Assembly (NCBI GenBank): GCA_036172245.1
Contig: JAYWIR010000009.1
Location: forward strand, 1,240,001-1,304,000
Source of the DNA: Raillietiella orientalis
Taxonomy: Eukaryota
Direction of reading: 5' to 3'
Length of the DNA stretch: 64,000 bases
Shown here: in pieces, positions 63,270-64,000 of the stretch
How positions within the stretch are numbered: position 1 is the first letter of the stretch
Layout: each line of letters opens with the position of its first letter
Notes under the pieces: generated by a model
What the model saw: the letters and a program-made list of their open reading frames with translations, nothing else
What the model was told of the DNA's origin: nothing
Databases searched by the model: none
Translations under genes and position numbers: made by a program

Positions 63270-64000
63270 AAATGCTTATCGACTGGGTGATAAACTGCTA
63301 TGTGGTATGTGGTGGTTTTACTTCTCGGGACAGGGTGGGGCCCGAGCTGTGAACATCATCGCTCAATTTTCTAATTCGCTGGACTTTTATCGTGTGGATC
63401 TAGAAGAGGAGGCATTCGTGCTCAAGAAAGTGAACACCACAAGGCGTTTGTGGAATCCAAGATGTGGGCATCATTAATGGACATCTGAAACTTCATTTCA
63501 GATGCCAGCAGCGATACACATCACAAGTTGCATCTGCTAGGACAAGTAGGAACGGACGCTGTGCGATATATGGAGCAAAAATCTGATGATGACCGTTCCA
63601 TGCAATGATTTTTTACTCCGTGCATTGCTCCATGTATCTACAGAATTTCGTATATCTTTCGAAAGTCTTGTGCAGATCCGAAAAACAAGTGGACTTGGTT
63701 CAAGCTTGCAACGGAAACAACCTGAGCAAAGATGAGCAACCACGGATCTCTGTGAGGTGGTTCCAGCAGGTGAAGGAGACGCGCCTCCTTGGAGATACGT
63801 GCCTCCTTCACGCCTGTTAACGAAGAGGCTGCCTGGGTAGCTGAGCGAGCTCAGCAGCCTCATCTCAGTCGGTTGGGCGTGCCCACTTCTATTGCAGGGA
63901 TAATAAGGCAAATGGGAGCATCACCTGAAAAAACGTCTGCCCCATTGCAAAATCCGAGTTCTTCCTGCCATCCCTTCATCAGGTGATTACGACACCGGCA

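Overview
This is eukaryotic, probably arthropod, DNA: it has TTAGG-type repeats, an arthropod-style U2 5' end and a spliced gene. Bases 1-~48,000 are a GC-rich, nested retroelement pile-up. It contains decayed BEL/Pao-, gypsy- and Tc1-like remnants and about a dozen copies or fragments of at least three L1/Tx1-clade non-LTR families (CCHC ORF1; APE-RT-CCHC ORF2), often inserted into one another. It also contains one NeSL/Utopia-like RLE element. Three copies of a ~1-kb, highly structured tRNA-derived SINE occur in the window, two in this block and one at 62-63 kb. From ~48 kb the DNA is AT-rich and carries an intact RBM26/27 (swm-like) gene on the minus strand, with 11 of 13 introns only 40-51 nt. 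Highlights: a 35-nt U2 snRNA 5' fragment inside a Tx1 5' UTR, the SINE's covarying head and UUCG-hairpin module array, poly(A)-less hairpin-GAAA LINE tails, a template-switch inversion that can be reconstructed from the TSD, and an orphan polyadenylated ORF beside telomeric-type repeats. All calls were made by eye; no database searches were run.
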